Source of the DNA: a virus
DNA length: 64,000 nt
Reading direction: 5' to 3' (one strand)
Virus record (IMG/VR): IMGVR_UViG_3300025732_000021
Location: 32,001 to 96,000 of that record
In this document: piece by piece, positions 7,649 through 16,328 of the stretch
Layout of the letters: each line of letters begins with the position of its first letter
How positions within the stretch are numbered: position 1 is the stretch's first letter
Made by a program: the position numbers and the translations under genes
Notes under the pieces: generated by a model
What the model was told of the DNA's origin: nothing
Databases searched by the model: none
The model's input: the letters and a program-made list of their open reading frames with translations, nothing else

Positions 7649-7860
7649 TTGATTATATAAAAAACTATCTTCAATTACATATGCAGTCTTTGAATCAGGA
7701 CCTAGAAGTATTATCTAATAAAATGGATGAGTTAGACCCTGCCTCAAAAGACTTTGCTGAATTAGATATTGAATATAACTTTATAAGTGGACAAGCAACT
7801 GGTATTAGCCATATAATTGCTGTAATAATGGAAAAGGAGGAAGAAAATGGAACTAACTGA
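7645..7860 (+). CDS. hypothetical helical protein
   Basis: ATGA overlap with the previous gene. Confidence 0.65.
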   Translation: MIDYIKNYLQLHMQSLNQDLEVLSNKMDELDPASKDFAELDIEYNFISGQATGISHIIAVIMEKEEENGTN

Positions 7861-8113
7861 TAATCTACAAAAGCAAGTAGACATTGGCAGCAGTGGCCTT
7901 GACATCATGCACGGTGAACTCAAATGGCTTATGAAAGAGGCTGAAGAGCAACTGGAATTAGCACAAGAAGCAGAGAACCAATCTGGGGAGGCTATGGATT
8001 CCATGGACCGCACATATTGGCAGGGACAGTTAGACGCTTTATCTCACGTATATTCTCTAACTTATCAATTATCATTCGCTATAGCAGAAAGGGAAGACAA
8101 TGGAAGAAACTAA
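7847..8113 (+). CDS. hypothetical helical protein
   Basis: GGAGG SD; YWQGQLDAL motif. Confidence 0.7.
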   Translation: MELTDNLQKQVDIGSSGLDIMHGELKWLMKEAEEQLELAQEAENQSGEAMDSMDRTYWQGQLDALSHVYSLTYQLSFAIAEREDNGRN

Positions 8114-8331
8114 AACATATGAGGTAGAAATCATTCACGAGCCTTCTGGGATCTATATGAACTTTACTACAGAACTAGAAGGAGACCATATTGATGACGA
8201 GAACGCTTGGGAATTCGTAATGGATGAACTCTCAGTTATTTGTAATAGGATAGAATAATGTATGAGCAGTTGATATTAGACCTAGAATTTGATATCATGG
8301 AAGAAAACCCTACTACCGAAAGGACCCTATA

Positions 8332-8688
8332 ATGGGAGCACGTTGTACATTCGTTTTTAAGCAATCAGAGGACCAGGCAGTTGCCTTATACAGCCATTGG
8401 GGCGAGTACTCCATGTATGAAGACCTGGCAGCAGCCTTGCAGCATGCAGCACCACGTCTTGGCGATGAGTCATACTACGTACGTATGGCTGTAAGTTATC
8501 TAATTAAGGATAGTATTATGGATGAGACTGGGTATGGAATTTATGCCTGCAATCCTAACGACCTTGGATTTATGGACCACCCCGTACTAATCGACTTAAT
8601 TAATAAGACTGTAACTGATGACACTGGGACACATTCTATACAAGATTTTATTAACTACCATAATCTTGTGACGACGGTCACATCATAA
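8332..8688 (+). CDS. conserved-type phage protein (MGxR...LYxHWG)
   Basis: GAAAGGA SD; MGARCTF...LYSHWG. Confidence 0.75.
   Translation: MGARCTFVFKQSEDQAVALYSHWGEYSMYEDLAAALQHAAPRLGDESYYVRMAVSYLIKDSIMDETGYGIYACNPNDLGFMDHPVLIDLINKTVTDDTGTHSIQDFINYHNLVTTVTS
8667..8682. promoter_or_regulatory. CRP/GlxR-type box at the gene 3' end
   Basis: TGTGA-CGACGG-TCACA. Confidence 0.4.
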
Positions 8689-8709
8689 AGAGGGTTGGGT
8701 CCCCTCTAC

Positions 8710-8753
8710 GGGAGCGCATGTTTGTCGTGGGCTTGCGCTCCCCCTTTCTTTTT
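8710..8753 (+). terminator. intrinsic terminator
   Basis: GGGAGCGCA...TGCGCTCCC stem plus TTTCTTTTT; preceded by an AGAGGG-TTGGGTC-CCCTCT hairpin. Confidence 0.7.
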
Positions 8754-8776
8754 GATACAATGATGATAGGAGAACT

Positions 8777-8992
8777 ATGATTAGACGACACAGACTAACT
8801 GACGAGGAAAAAGTTGCCATGCGACTTTCTGCCCTTGTTTCTGACCTGCGCCTTGACATCGAACAGGTTGGTGAGTATTTGGCAGTAATAGCACCAACAG
8901 TTTCCTACAACAGACTTATCACAATAGCCCAAAGCGCACAATACCACAAAGAGGAGAAATACAATGAGCAATACCAATACAGACTTTTCTGA
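8777..8992 (+). CDS. hypothetical protein
   Basis: AGGAGA SD; TG-n-TACAAT upstream. Confidence 0.7.
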   Translation: MIRRHRLTDEEKVAMRLSALVSDLRLDIEQVGEYLAVIAPTVSYNRLITIAQSAQYHKEEKYNEQYQYRLF

Positions 8993-9233
8993 TAAGTGTA
9001 ACATCTTGGGAGATTTATGGTGTAACTATAAAGGTGATGTTGACTTCTCTGACTTCATAGAGTACAATGACATTGGTTTGCCATTAGCATTTGCTATCTC
9101 ACAAGAAATTGTTCCTGCCACTGATATGGCAACTAACTATGTAAATGAAACATGGGATTTATTTTTAGAAAGCCTTGAAGTAAAAGATAAGGGTTTCAAA
9201 ACTTTAGATGAAATCCTGGGTCCACTTGCATAA
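8964..9233 (+). CDS. hypothetical protein
   Basis: GAGGAG SD; FIEYNDIGLPLA. Confidence 0.7.
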   Translation: MSNTNTDFSDKCNILGDLWCNYKGDVDFSDFIEYNDIGLPLAFAISQEIVPATDMATNYVNETWDLFLESLEVKDKGFKTLDEILGPLA

Positions 9234-9359
9234 GCCCTGAAACGGGTCGGTCAGTATTTTCAGGTTATCAAACCATTACGATATCAAACCATTTTTCCCA
9301 GATTACGATCCAAACCATTTTATGGCCAAACCATAATAAATTGTGTTATGATAGTTTGT

Positions 9360-9578
9360 ATGGCCAGACACTTTTATAGAATGAAGTATCCAAACCAAGC
9401 AAAAGATCATGATAGGTCTTTATCTAATGCCTTTGTAGCCTTTACTCATATGATTGGTTTGTCTAAGTACTTTTCCTTTACCCCGCTCGATTTTGACAGG
9501 GATGCCTGGAGGACGGCCCATGAGGCGGGGAATAAAAAAGATTACGATCATACCACTAATACCCCTAATAGTCAATAA
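9360..9578 (+). CDS. hypothetical protein within the repeat zone
   Basis: ORF track entry; possibly leaderless after TATGAT. Confidence 0.4.
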   Translation: MARHFYRMKYPNQAKDHDRSLSNAFVAFTHMIGLSKYFSFTPLDFDRDAWRTAHEAGNKKDYDHTTNTPNSQ

Positions 9579-9693
9579 CAAACCATATTTTCTGGTTTTA
9601 AAACATTTTCAAACCTTTTAAATCTTATTTCGGATTATTTCGGATTTATTTTATTTTTTGGCAATTTTCATGCAAATTCCTTTACGAAGACAC

Positions 9694-9722
9694 TTGACAA
9701 ACCATGGTTTTGCATGTATAAT
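9694..9722 (+). promoter_or_regulatory. consensus promoter overlapped by a palindromic operator
   Basis: TTGACA-17 bp-TATAAT with TG extension; AAACCATGGTTT at the -35/spacer. Confidence 0.7.
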
Positions 9723-9955
9723 GCCAAACCTTTTATACATGGTTTGACAGATATGGGGCATATATGATATAAGGGTTTGGGGATATATGGTTTGATAGAT
9801 AGGATGGTTTGTCAGCGCATTACGATCCCCGCCTTAAAAAGCGCTCCATCACCCATTACTCTCCACTATGCTCCACTTTACTCCACTTATAAAATAACAG
9901 TAAGATTTTTATAAGGCTAAATATCATGGTAAACTAACTATTCAGGGGTGGTTAG

Positions 9956-10453
9956 ATGCAAAATATAGTGTTTAAAGATGTTTTTACAGATGAAGAAATT
10001 GCATCCATAAAACAAACAATCAAGGATAACTCTCACCTTAAACTGGTGGGTAAAACAATTCATCAAATTGACAGAGGCAGAGATGACTTATATCTAAACT
10101 ATATTATTGATCCTAAAATCCTAGATAAGATACAAAACTATTTAAATACATTAGGGGATTACGAACTAGGTCCTGTTACTTGGATAGAATATAATAACAA
10201 AATAACAAACCCTAATCTTCCACCACATAAAGATCCAAAAAATGTTAAATTAACATTCGACTATCAACTAGAATCAAACGTAGATTGGCCAATAGTAATT
10301 GATGATATAGAGTATCAATTAAAAGATAATGAAGCCATAGCATTTGACTCAAGATCTCAGTGGCATTGGAGACCAGAGAAAATATTTAAGGATGGGGACT
10401 ATATGCAACTTATATTTTTCTATATCAATGATCCAGATGTGGTGCTTGAATAA
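9956..10453 (+). CDS. 2OG-Fe(II) oxygenase-like protein (HWR subfamily)
   Basis: LPPHKD (HxD), FDYQLESNVDWPI, HWR distal His. Confidence 0.7.
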   Translation: MQNIVFKDVFTDEEIASIKQTIKDNSHLKLVGKTIHQIDRGRDDLYLNYIIDPKILDKIQNYLNTLGDYELGPVTWIEYNNKITNPNLPPHKDPKNVKLTFDYQLESNVDWPIVIDDIEYQLKDNEAIAFDSRSQWHWRPEKIFKDGDYMQLIFFYINDPDVVLE

Positions 10454-11014
10454 TGTTATCTGATGAATCCAAAATAGATATCATATCTGAGATTATTCAT
10501 GAGCACCTTAAGGGCAAACATAAGGATGCTCTATCTAAGAAATTGGCGGGGGATATTGTTGAGGCCTTATCTATAGACGAAGAACCGCCATCATGGTATA
10601 TTCATGGTTAGTGTATAATGGAAATATGATTGAAACATTGAAATGTTATTACTGTGATAACAAACCAGAGTTTACTCAACCAGATAAAGATACTGGCGTT
10701 ATCGTCGATGTATGTAAGAAACATTTCATTTATATGTATATGGGGTAATTATGAACGATAAGAAAGCAAATGAAAGTATCAAGGCTCTAGGGTATATTAT
10801 CCTAGGTATGGTTGTCTTTACTGTACTATGGAGTGTGTTTATTGGGTAATAGGCCTCATAGGGATTACGAAGAACTTCCCTATCCCGTCGAACTTTTGAT
10901 AAAAACAAAAGCACCTACCAAATGGCTCTTAATAGATAGAGAAACAGGACAAGTCTATCAAGGTAATCCTGCTGGTCATTGGGATAGGCTTGATCCAGTT
11001 ATAAAGGAGATAGA

Positions 11015-11419
11015 ATGAAAGTAGTTTGTGTAACAAATAGCGATTTAGCATCCATGATTGGAGAACTATTACGACAGAGATTTGAAATCCCACATGTTCC
11101 AATGCAGTCTTTTGTGGTTTTAAATGTAGATTCTGATACCAAACCAGATTACGAACATGTCCTTATCGGTATTAATGATAAGAACGTATCAAACCTAGTA
11201 TTTGATGCCTTAAGCGATAGTTTAGACTTTAAACTAGACATAGATGTATTGAATAAGGATAACATGATTGATCATATTAAGATTATCTATGAATTCCTTG
11301 CGAAAAATGGTCTAGATGATGATAACTGGAAAAACAAAACAGGCCTAACCTCTCTGATTGATCACATATTAAACATTGAATCAGTTAATTGGAAATGTCC
11401 ATGTGGGCAGTGTAACTAG
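11015..11419 (+). CDS. hypothetical protein
   Basis: AAGGAG SD; C-terminal CPCGQC. Confidence 0.65.
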   Translation: MKVVCVTNSDLASMIGELLRQRFEIPHVPMQSFVVLNVDSDTKPDYEHVLIGINDKNVSNLVFDALSDSLDFKLDIDVLNKDNMIDHIKIIYEFLAKNGLDDDNWKNKTGLTSLIDHILNIESVNWKCPCGQCN

Positions 11420-11483
11420 ATACTAAACCTTATTGACCGTATAGGTCATAAATAGGTTTGATATTTCTATTTACCGCCGAACT

Positions 11484-12362
11484 TTAAATCTTTAATTTTG
11501 AATTTATTAATTGAAGCATTTTGTCCGCTACTTCTTTATTCCATCCGCCACCTGGATGATTGTTATCTCCAGCCTTGCCCCAATACTTTATATCATGATT
11601 TCCATAATCTTTTGACAATGTTTGTGGCCACATAGTATCTAATTCAAAATACGAATCATATGATTTAGAAAAAAACTCAAAAGTATCTCTTGTTCCATTT
11701 TCCCAAAAAGTCCACAAAAATAAAACATTATTTGCTTTACATATTTGGTCAAGCATATGAATCATTGTTGTGTATATAACTAAATTATGATGAGGCAGAT
11801 AATTTTTTTTCCATGATTCTAATGTTTCTTTAATCCAACCACGTGCTGCAATAGTATATAAATTGGTTTCTATAAAACGTGACTGCTCTAAATCAAAATG
11901 AAAACCTCTGTGCATATCTGGAAAAGTAATTAATAAAACATCTGGATATCCGTATTTATTAAAAAATGTGCATACATTTTTTGTTATTAAGTGAATAGAG
12001 GCACTCATCAATGAAACATTATATTCTTCAACATCATATTTATCTCTTAAACTTTCTGCAACTACATTAGAATATCTAAATTCTTCTGGCATGTCTTGAC
12101 CAAAACCAAACGAACATCCTGATGATAGTATAGTTAATTTATTATTGCCTTTTTCAACTTTTTTAAAGTTATTTGTTCTAAAACCTTCTTTATTTATTTT
12201 ATATATTACATCGCTAACATTTTCACTCATAGTGTAATAATAATCATCTACCCATTTTCCTTTTCTTCTTAATAATGATCCGCCCATTCTTTCAGTACAA
12301 AATTGTGAAAAATCAAAAAATGAAATATTGTTTTCTATATCTTTGCTTATATTAAGTTTCAT
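11484..12362 (-). CDS. SGNH/GDSL-like hydrolase or acyltransferase
   Basis: NKEGFR, GCSFGFG (block I), DNNHPG (DxxH). Confidence 0.7.
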   Translation of the reverse strand: MKLNISKDIENNISFFDFSQFCTERMGGSLLRRKGKWVDDYYYTMSENVSDVIYKINKEGFRTNNFKKVEKGNNKLTILSSGCSFGFGQDMPEEFRYSNVVAESLRDKYDVEEYNVSLMSASIHLITKNVCTFFNKYGYPDVLLITFPDMHRGFHFDLEQSRFIETNLYTIAARGWIKETLESWKKNYLPHHNLVIYTTMIHMLDQICKANNVLFLWTFWENGTRDTFEFFSKSYDSYFELDTMWPQTLSKDYGNHDIKYWGKAGDNNHPGGGWNKEVADKMLQLINSKLKI

Positions 12363-13237
12363 ATGTTATCCTTTAAAATTTTTAAAACTCTTTCAGCAAA
12401 TAATTCATGCCATCCTCCGCCAGGATGTTTTCTATCTGCAGCCTTGTCCCAATATTGAACATCATTTTCTCTTAAATTTAATTCATCATTTATTAGGCAT
12501 TCCGATTTAAAAAATGATGGAAGTTCAACAGAAAATTTATCAAAAATATTTTGTGTCATTTTATCATAAGCAGAAAATAAAAATTTAGATCCAGAAACAT
12601 TACATAAATTTTGCAACAAATTTATATTTATAATACTTTGCAAAAATATATTTTCTGGCATCATTTGTTCCATTGAAAGTTTTCCTTCTTTAGTTCTAGG
12701 TGTTAAATCTATATAGCAATCTTCAACTGGATCGTAAGATATTGTTCTAAAAGTATCTGGAACTAACATTATTATTAAATCTGGCATTCCGTATATATTA
12801 ATAAAAGCAGATATATTTTTTATGCAAAGCATTATAGATGAACCCATAATACCTAAATTATAATAATCAATATTATATTTTTTAGATAATTCTTTTGCAA
12901 CTAATTCAGTCCAAAGCATTTCCTCAGGTAGGTCTTGTCCAAATGTAACTGAACATCCTGTAAAAAGTACTGTATATTTATTTTTATCTATATTTTTAAA
13001 ATTGTTAGATCTAAAGCCGTCTTTATTTAATTTATATTGTATTTTAAAATTTTTATGATTGGTATGAACATTTGTTGTATACAAATAATCGTCCTTCCAA
13101 AAACCTTCGCCTTTTCTTCCATCTTCTCTTGGTTTTGCATTTTCAAAAACCTTAAGCATTCTATTATTATAAATAATATTAGGGTTTAATGTTTTCCAGT
13201 TTTCAGGTCTTTCAAAAAACTTATCATCTTGTATCAT
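12359..13237 (-). CDS. SGNH/GDSL-like protein, tandem paralog
   Basis: NKDGFRS, GCSVTFGQDLPE, DRKHPG; likely leaderless start after TATAAT. Confidence 0.7.
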   Translation of the reverse strand: MIQDDKFFERPENWKTLNPNIIYNNRMLKVFENAKPREDGRKGEGFWKDDYLYTTNVHTNHKNFKIQYKLNKDGFRSNNFKNIDKNKYTVLFTGCSVTFGQDLPEEMLWTELVAKELSKKYNIDYYNLGIMGSSIMLCIKNISAFINIYGMPDLIIMLVPDTFRTISYDPVEDCYIDLTPRTKEGKLSMEQMMPENIFLQSIININLLQNLCNVSGSKFLFSAYDKMTQNIFDKFSVELPSFFKSECLINDELNLRENDVQYWDKAADRKHPGGGWHELFAERVLKILKDNI

Positions 13238-13648
13238 GTATACCATTATACTTGACTTTTGAATTAGCATAAGATATAATGATTATATGAATGTTACTTA
13301 TTTACACCCCTTTTGGCTCATTGCTGCTATGATAGCAGGGTGGGTTGTTTGTTATATTCAAATGAAATATGGTAAAAATGACAGGGAATAGAGTAGTCAT
13401 ATGCAGCACGTGTAAAAAAGAAATCGAATTGCGTTGGGGAATATTTGGTCACGATGCATTGTCTAGACACATGAAGGAGCATAAATGAAATCATACAGAT
13501 TTGATGATTTAGATAATGAAGGATATGAAATTGAAATACCTTCTGATATTGTAAAAGACATAATAATAGATCATCTTAGAAAAACATATTATTGGCCAGT
13601 TGCCATACTTTCATTTATTATAGGTATTTTATTAGGAGTTTTAGTATC

Positions 13649-14011
13649 ATGAGTAATTTATTTGAAGACACCGTTAGAATTAATAAATCCCGTCCACCAT
13701 TAAGATGGGTTGCAGATTTATTTGGAGATGTAGCAGGCTGGGCAATACTTCGTATTTCATATTTAGATGAATCAAAAGATTTAGGAATGATGTATCAATT
13801 TTATTCTTTTGTTTGGCGAATGACATGGCCACTATATAATAAGTTTGGCACTGTATATAAATGGGATTTTGATATGAGCGGTGACGGGTGGAATGATTAT
13901 GATGAAGATGGAATACCTTATTGGGAGAAGCCAGACTTTATTGATGCATTTGTTTGGGACTTTGAAGATGAAGAAACAGGCGATGCTTTTAGAGTTTTAA
14001 ATAAAGAATAA
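13649..14011 (+). CDS. hypothetical protein
   Basis: AGGAG SD before ATG 13649. Confidence 0.55.
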   Translation: MSNLFEDTVRINKSRPPLRWVADLFGDVAGWAILRISYLDESKDLGMMYQFYSFVWRMTWPLYNKFGTVYKWDFDMSGDGWNDYDEDGIPYWEKPDFIDAFVWDFEDEETGDAFRVLNKE

Positions 14012-14018
14012 AACTCAT

Positions 14019-14092
14019 GGAGCAGTAGCCAAGTTGGTCAAGGCCCCGAACTCATAATTCGGTTATCGTAGGTTCAAGTCCTACCTGCTCTA
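14019..14092 (+). tRNA. tRNA-Met(CAT) (Ile2 not excluded)
   Basis: GGAGCAG/CTGCTCT acceptor; CCGAA-CTCATAA-TTCGG; GGTTCAAGTCC. Confidence 0.9.
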
Positions 14093-14096
14093 CTTT

Positions 14097-14170
14097 GGAA
14101 TATGGCTGGCTGGTGGTCAGAAGGTGTCTTATAAGCATCTTAGAGTTTGGTTCAATTCCAAAATATTCTA
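14097..14170 (+). tRNA. tRNA-Ile(TAT), G:U-rich stems
   Basis: GGAATAT/ATATTCT acceptor; GGTGT-CTTATAA-GCATC; TTTGG-TTCAATT-CCAAA. Confidence 0.7.
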
Positions 14171-14171
14171 C

Positions 14172-14244
14172 GCCCTTGTAGCCCAGTGGCAGAGGCACAC
14201 GACTTAAAATCGTGCAAGCGTTGGTTCGAATCCAACCAAGGGCA
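14172..14244 (+). tRNA. tRNA-Leu(TAA), short variable arm
   Basis: GCCCTTG/CAAGGGC; CACGA-CTTAAAA-TCGTG; GGTTCGAATCC. Confidence 0.9.
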
Positions 14245-14248
14245 CTAA

Positions 14249-14320
14249 ACCTCTGTAACTCAGTGGAAGAGTAGCGGACTTCTAATCCGTTTGTCGATGG
14301 TTCGAATCCATTCAGGGGTG
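14249..14320 (+). tRNA. tRNA-Arg(TCT)
   Basis: ACCTCTG/CAGGGGT; GCGGA-CTTCTAA-TCCGT; GGTTCGAATCC. Confidence 0.9.
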
Positions 14321-14334
14321 CTACAATTAAACAT

Positions 14335-14410
14335 TGGTCTGTAGTTCAGTTGGTAGAACACTCGACTGTTAATCGAGATGTCGCAGGATCGAGACCTGCC
14401 AGACCAGCCA
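14335..14410 (+). tRNA. tRNA-Asn(GTT)
   Basis: TGGTCTG/CAGACCA, encoded CCA; CTCGA-CTGTTAA-TCGAG; atypical T-loop ATCGAGA. Confidence 0.9.
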
Positions 14411-14411
14411 A

Positions 14412-14488
14412 GGTCCGTTAGTTCAGTTGGTTAGAACGCTACCCTGTCACGGTAGAGGTCGTCGGTTCAAGTCCGATACGGATCGCCA
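14412..14488 (+). tRNA. tRNA-Asp(GTC)
   Basis: CTACC-CTGTCAC-GGTAG; GGTTCAAGTCC; encoded CCA. Confidence 0.9.
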
Positions 14489-14489
14489 A

Positions 14490-14562
14490 GTCTCCATGGT
14501 CTAGAGGCCTAGGACTCCACCCTTTCACGGTGGCAACACGGGTTCGAATCCCGTTGGAGATA
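14490..14562 (+). tRNA. tRNA-Glu(TTC)
   Basis: CCACC-CTTTCAC-GGTGG; GGTTCGAATCC. Confidence 0.9.
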
Positions 14563-14563
14563 C

Positions 14564-14635
14564 GCCTCCTTAACTCAGGGGTAGAGTACTCGCCTTGTAA
14601 GCGAGTTGTCGTAGGTTCAAATCCTACAGGAGGCT
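14564..14635 (+). tRNA. tRNA-Thr(TGT)
   Basis: GCCTCCT/AGGAGGC; CTCGC-CTTGTAA-GCGAG. Confidence 0.9.
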
Positions 14636-14661
14636 CGTAATACTAAACAAAAGGAGAAAAT

Positions 14662-14883
14662 ATGAAACCAGGAATAATTGTAATGGTTATTAGTGATGAT
14701 CATAATGACAAAAAGGCTGCAGAAGTATTATCTGTGGATAATGATTTGTGTACAATAAAAATGTGTGATACTCAAGAAATTATAAAAATGAATCAATCAA
14801 ATTTAAAACGTAAAAAATTATGTGTATGTAATACTTCAAAAAATAAACCATTTTGTGATGGATCTCATTCATTAATGTTTTAG
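14662..14883 (+). CDS. CDGSH iron-sulfur domain protein with N-terminal KOW-like segment
   Basis: CVCNTSKNKPFCDGSH fits C-x-C-x2-S-x3-P-x-CDGSH. Confidence 0.85.
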   Translation: MKPGIIVMVISDDHNDKKAAEVLSVDNDLCTIKMCDTQEIIKMNQSNLKRKKLCVCNTSKNKPFCDGSHSLMF

Positions 14884-15629
14884 TTATAGTTTTTACTTTC
14901 TATTACTATACAAATCTGATCACTCATAATTCTAGTATTAGTATTAAAATATTCTTTTAAATTATCCAATGTATTATGAATAACTTTTTCTGTATCCATA
15001 GTTAAGTTATAACAAAGAGATGCCCATCTGTTTTCCCCTAGTATTTCACATGCTTCTTCTAAAAACTCTGGTATTTCATTATGAAATTCTTGTCCTCTTT
15101 TTACATTTCTAAGCATTATAACCATTGGATAATTGTAGTCTTTTCTTTCTTTTAAGAATTGAATTCTTTCATTTTTTACAAATGGCAAAAAAGATTCAAA
15201 TATAAAATTATGCATAGTTCCAGTAACTGCTACTGCAGCCATAACAACAGAAGGTCCTGGTGTTGATGTCACATGTATTCCTTCAGCAATACATTTTTTA
15301 ACTATCCTTGCTCCTGGGTCTGCTACCCCTGGCATACCTTCATCTGAAATTAAGAATACATCTTCTCCATTTTTTAATAAATCAATTATTTTATTCATGT
15401 TATGAAGTTCGTATGCTTCTCCAGGTTCTCCGCCATCAGAATCATACTCAATGGATATAGTATTGACATTTGGTTTTTGCATTCCAAGTGCGGGCCAAAT
15501 TCTTTCAAATGCCTCTTCTCTTTCTATCACTATATTTTTTGCATTTTGAATATATTTAAATGCTCTTACTGACATATCTTCCCAATTGCCAATAGGCAAT
15601 CCAACTAAATATAATTTTCCAAACGACAT
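14880..15629 (-). CDS. RsmI-like SAM-dependent (tetrapyrrole-methylase fold) methyltransferase
   Basis: GKLYLVGLPIGNWEDMSVRA, LISDEGMPGVADPG, TPGPS. Confidence 0.85.
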   Translation of the reverse strand: MSFGKLYLVGLPIGNWEDMSVRAFKYIQNAKNIVIEREEAFERIWPALGMQKPNVNTISIEYDSDGGEPGEAYELHNMNKIIDLLKNGEDVFLISDEGMPGVADPGARIVKKCIAEGIHVTSTPGPSVVMAAVAVTGTMHNFIFESFLPFVKNERIQFLKERKDYNYPMVIMLRNVKRGQEFHNEIPEFLEEACEILGENRWASLCYNLTMDTEKVIHNTLDNLKEYFNTNTRIMSDQICIVIESKNYN

Positions 15630-15664
15630 ATATTCATTATACACTATGGTATAATTTTAATATT

Positions 15665-16327
15665 ATGAAAACTCCAGAAAAAGGTCCAGCATATAATCAA
15701 TACATTGAATTAAAAAACTCTCAAACTCCTATTTCTAATCAAGATTTTGAGCCAATAATTGTAGATAACATATTTTCAAAAGAAGATATAGATCATTTAT
15801 ATGAAATAATTAATAACACTCCAGAAGAAAAAACTCAAATACAAAAATGGGGCGGAATGAAAGCATGGCATATAGACTTAGGGCCAAGAATAAAAGATAA
15901 AATTAATGAGGCAGTCAAAAAATCTTTAGGCGACCATGTTCGCTTAGTAGAAGATCACTCATTTGCTAGATATAGTATGGAATATGGATGGATGACAAAG
16001 TTATTTCCACATACAGATATGAGAGATAAACAAAGAATTACTTTTGATATTCAGGTGCATGCTGATGAAGAATGGGGAGTAGTTGTTGAAGATGTAGAAT
16101 ACTTTTTACAAGATAATCAAGCATTAGTATTTGCTGGGACGCAACAGCCACATTGGCGTAGAGCAAAAGAATTAAAACCAGGAAGTCATCAAGACATGAT
16201 ATTTTGTCATTTAGAATATGTTGATGATGTACCTTATGATGACGGTCAAGATCAAATATTACATGAAAGAAATAAGTTCTTTTCTGAATATTACGATATG
16301 CATCCAGACCCAACAACTTTTTATTAA
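15665..16327 (+). CDS. 2OG-Fe(II) oxygenase-like protein (HWR subfamily)
   Basis: LFPHTD, ITFDIQ, LQDNQALVFAGTQQPHWR. Confidence 0.7.
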   Translation: MKTPEKGPAYNQYIELKNSQTPISNQDFEPIIVDNIFSKEDIDHLYEIINNTPEEKTQIQKWGGMKAWHIDLGPRIKDKINEAVKKSLGDHVRLVEDHSFARYSMEYGWMTKLFPHTDMRDKQRITFDIQVHADEEWGVVVEDVEYFLQDNQALVFAGTQQPHWRRAKELKPGSHQDMIFCHLEYVDDVPYDDGQDQILHERNKFFSEYYDMHPDPTTFY

Positions 16328-16328
16328 T

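Larger units (their letters stand above)
9269..9888. repeat. iteron-like array of CAAACCAT/ATGGTTTG repeats, then CTCCACT repeats
   Basis: CAAACCAT at 9269, 9285, 9311, 9327, 9579, 9698; inverted copies at 9739, 9787, 9804; palindrome AAACCATGGTTT 9699-9710; CTCCA(C/T) x4 at about 9844-9888. Confidence 0.7.

Noticed and set aside
9269-9888. Repeat zone as a CRISPR array
   Set aside because: Repeats are only about 8 bp, irregularly spaced and switch orientation
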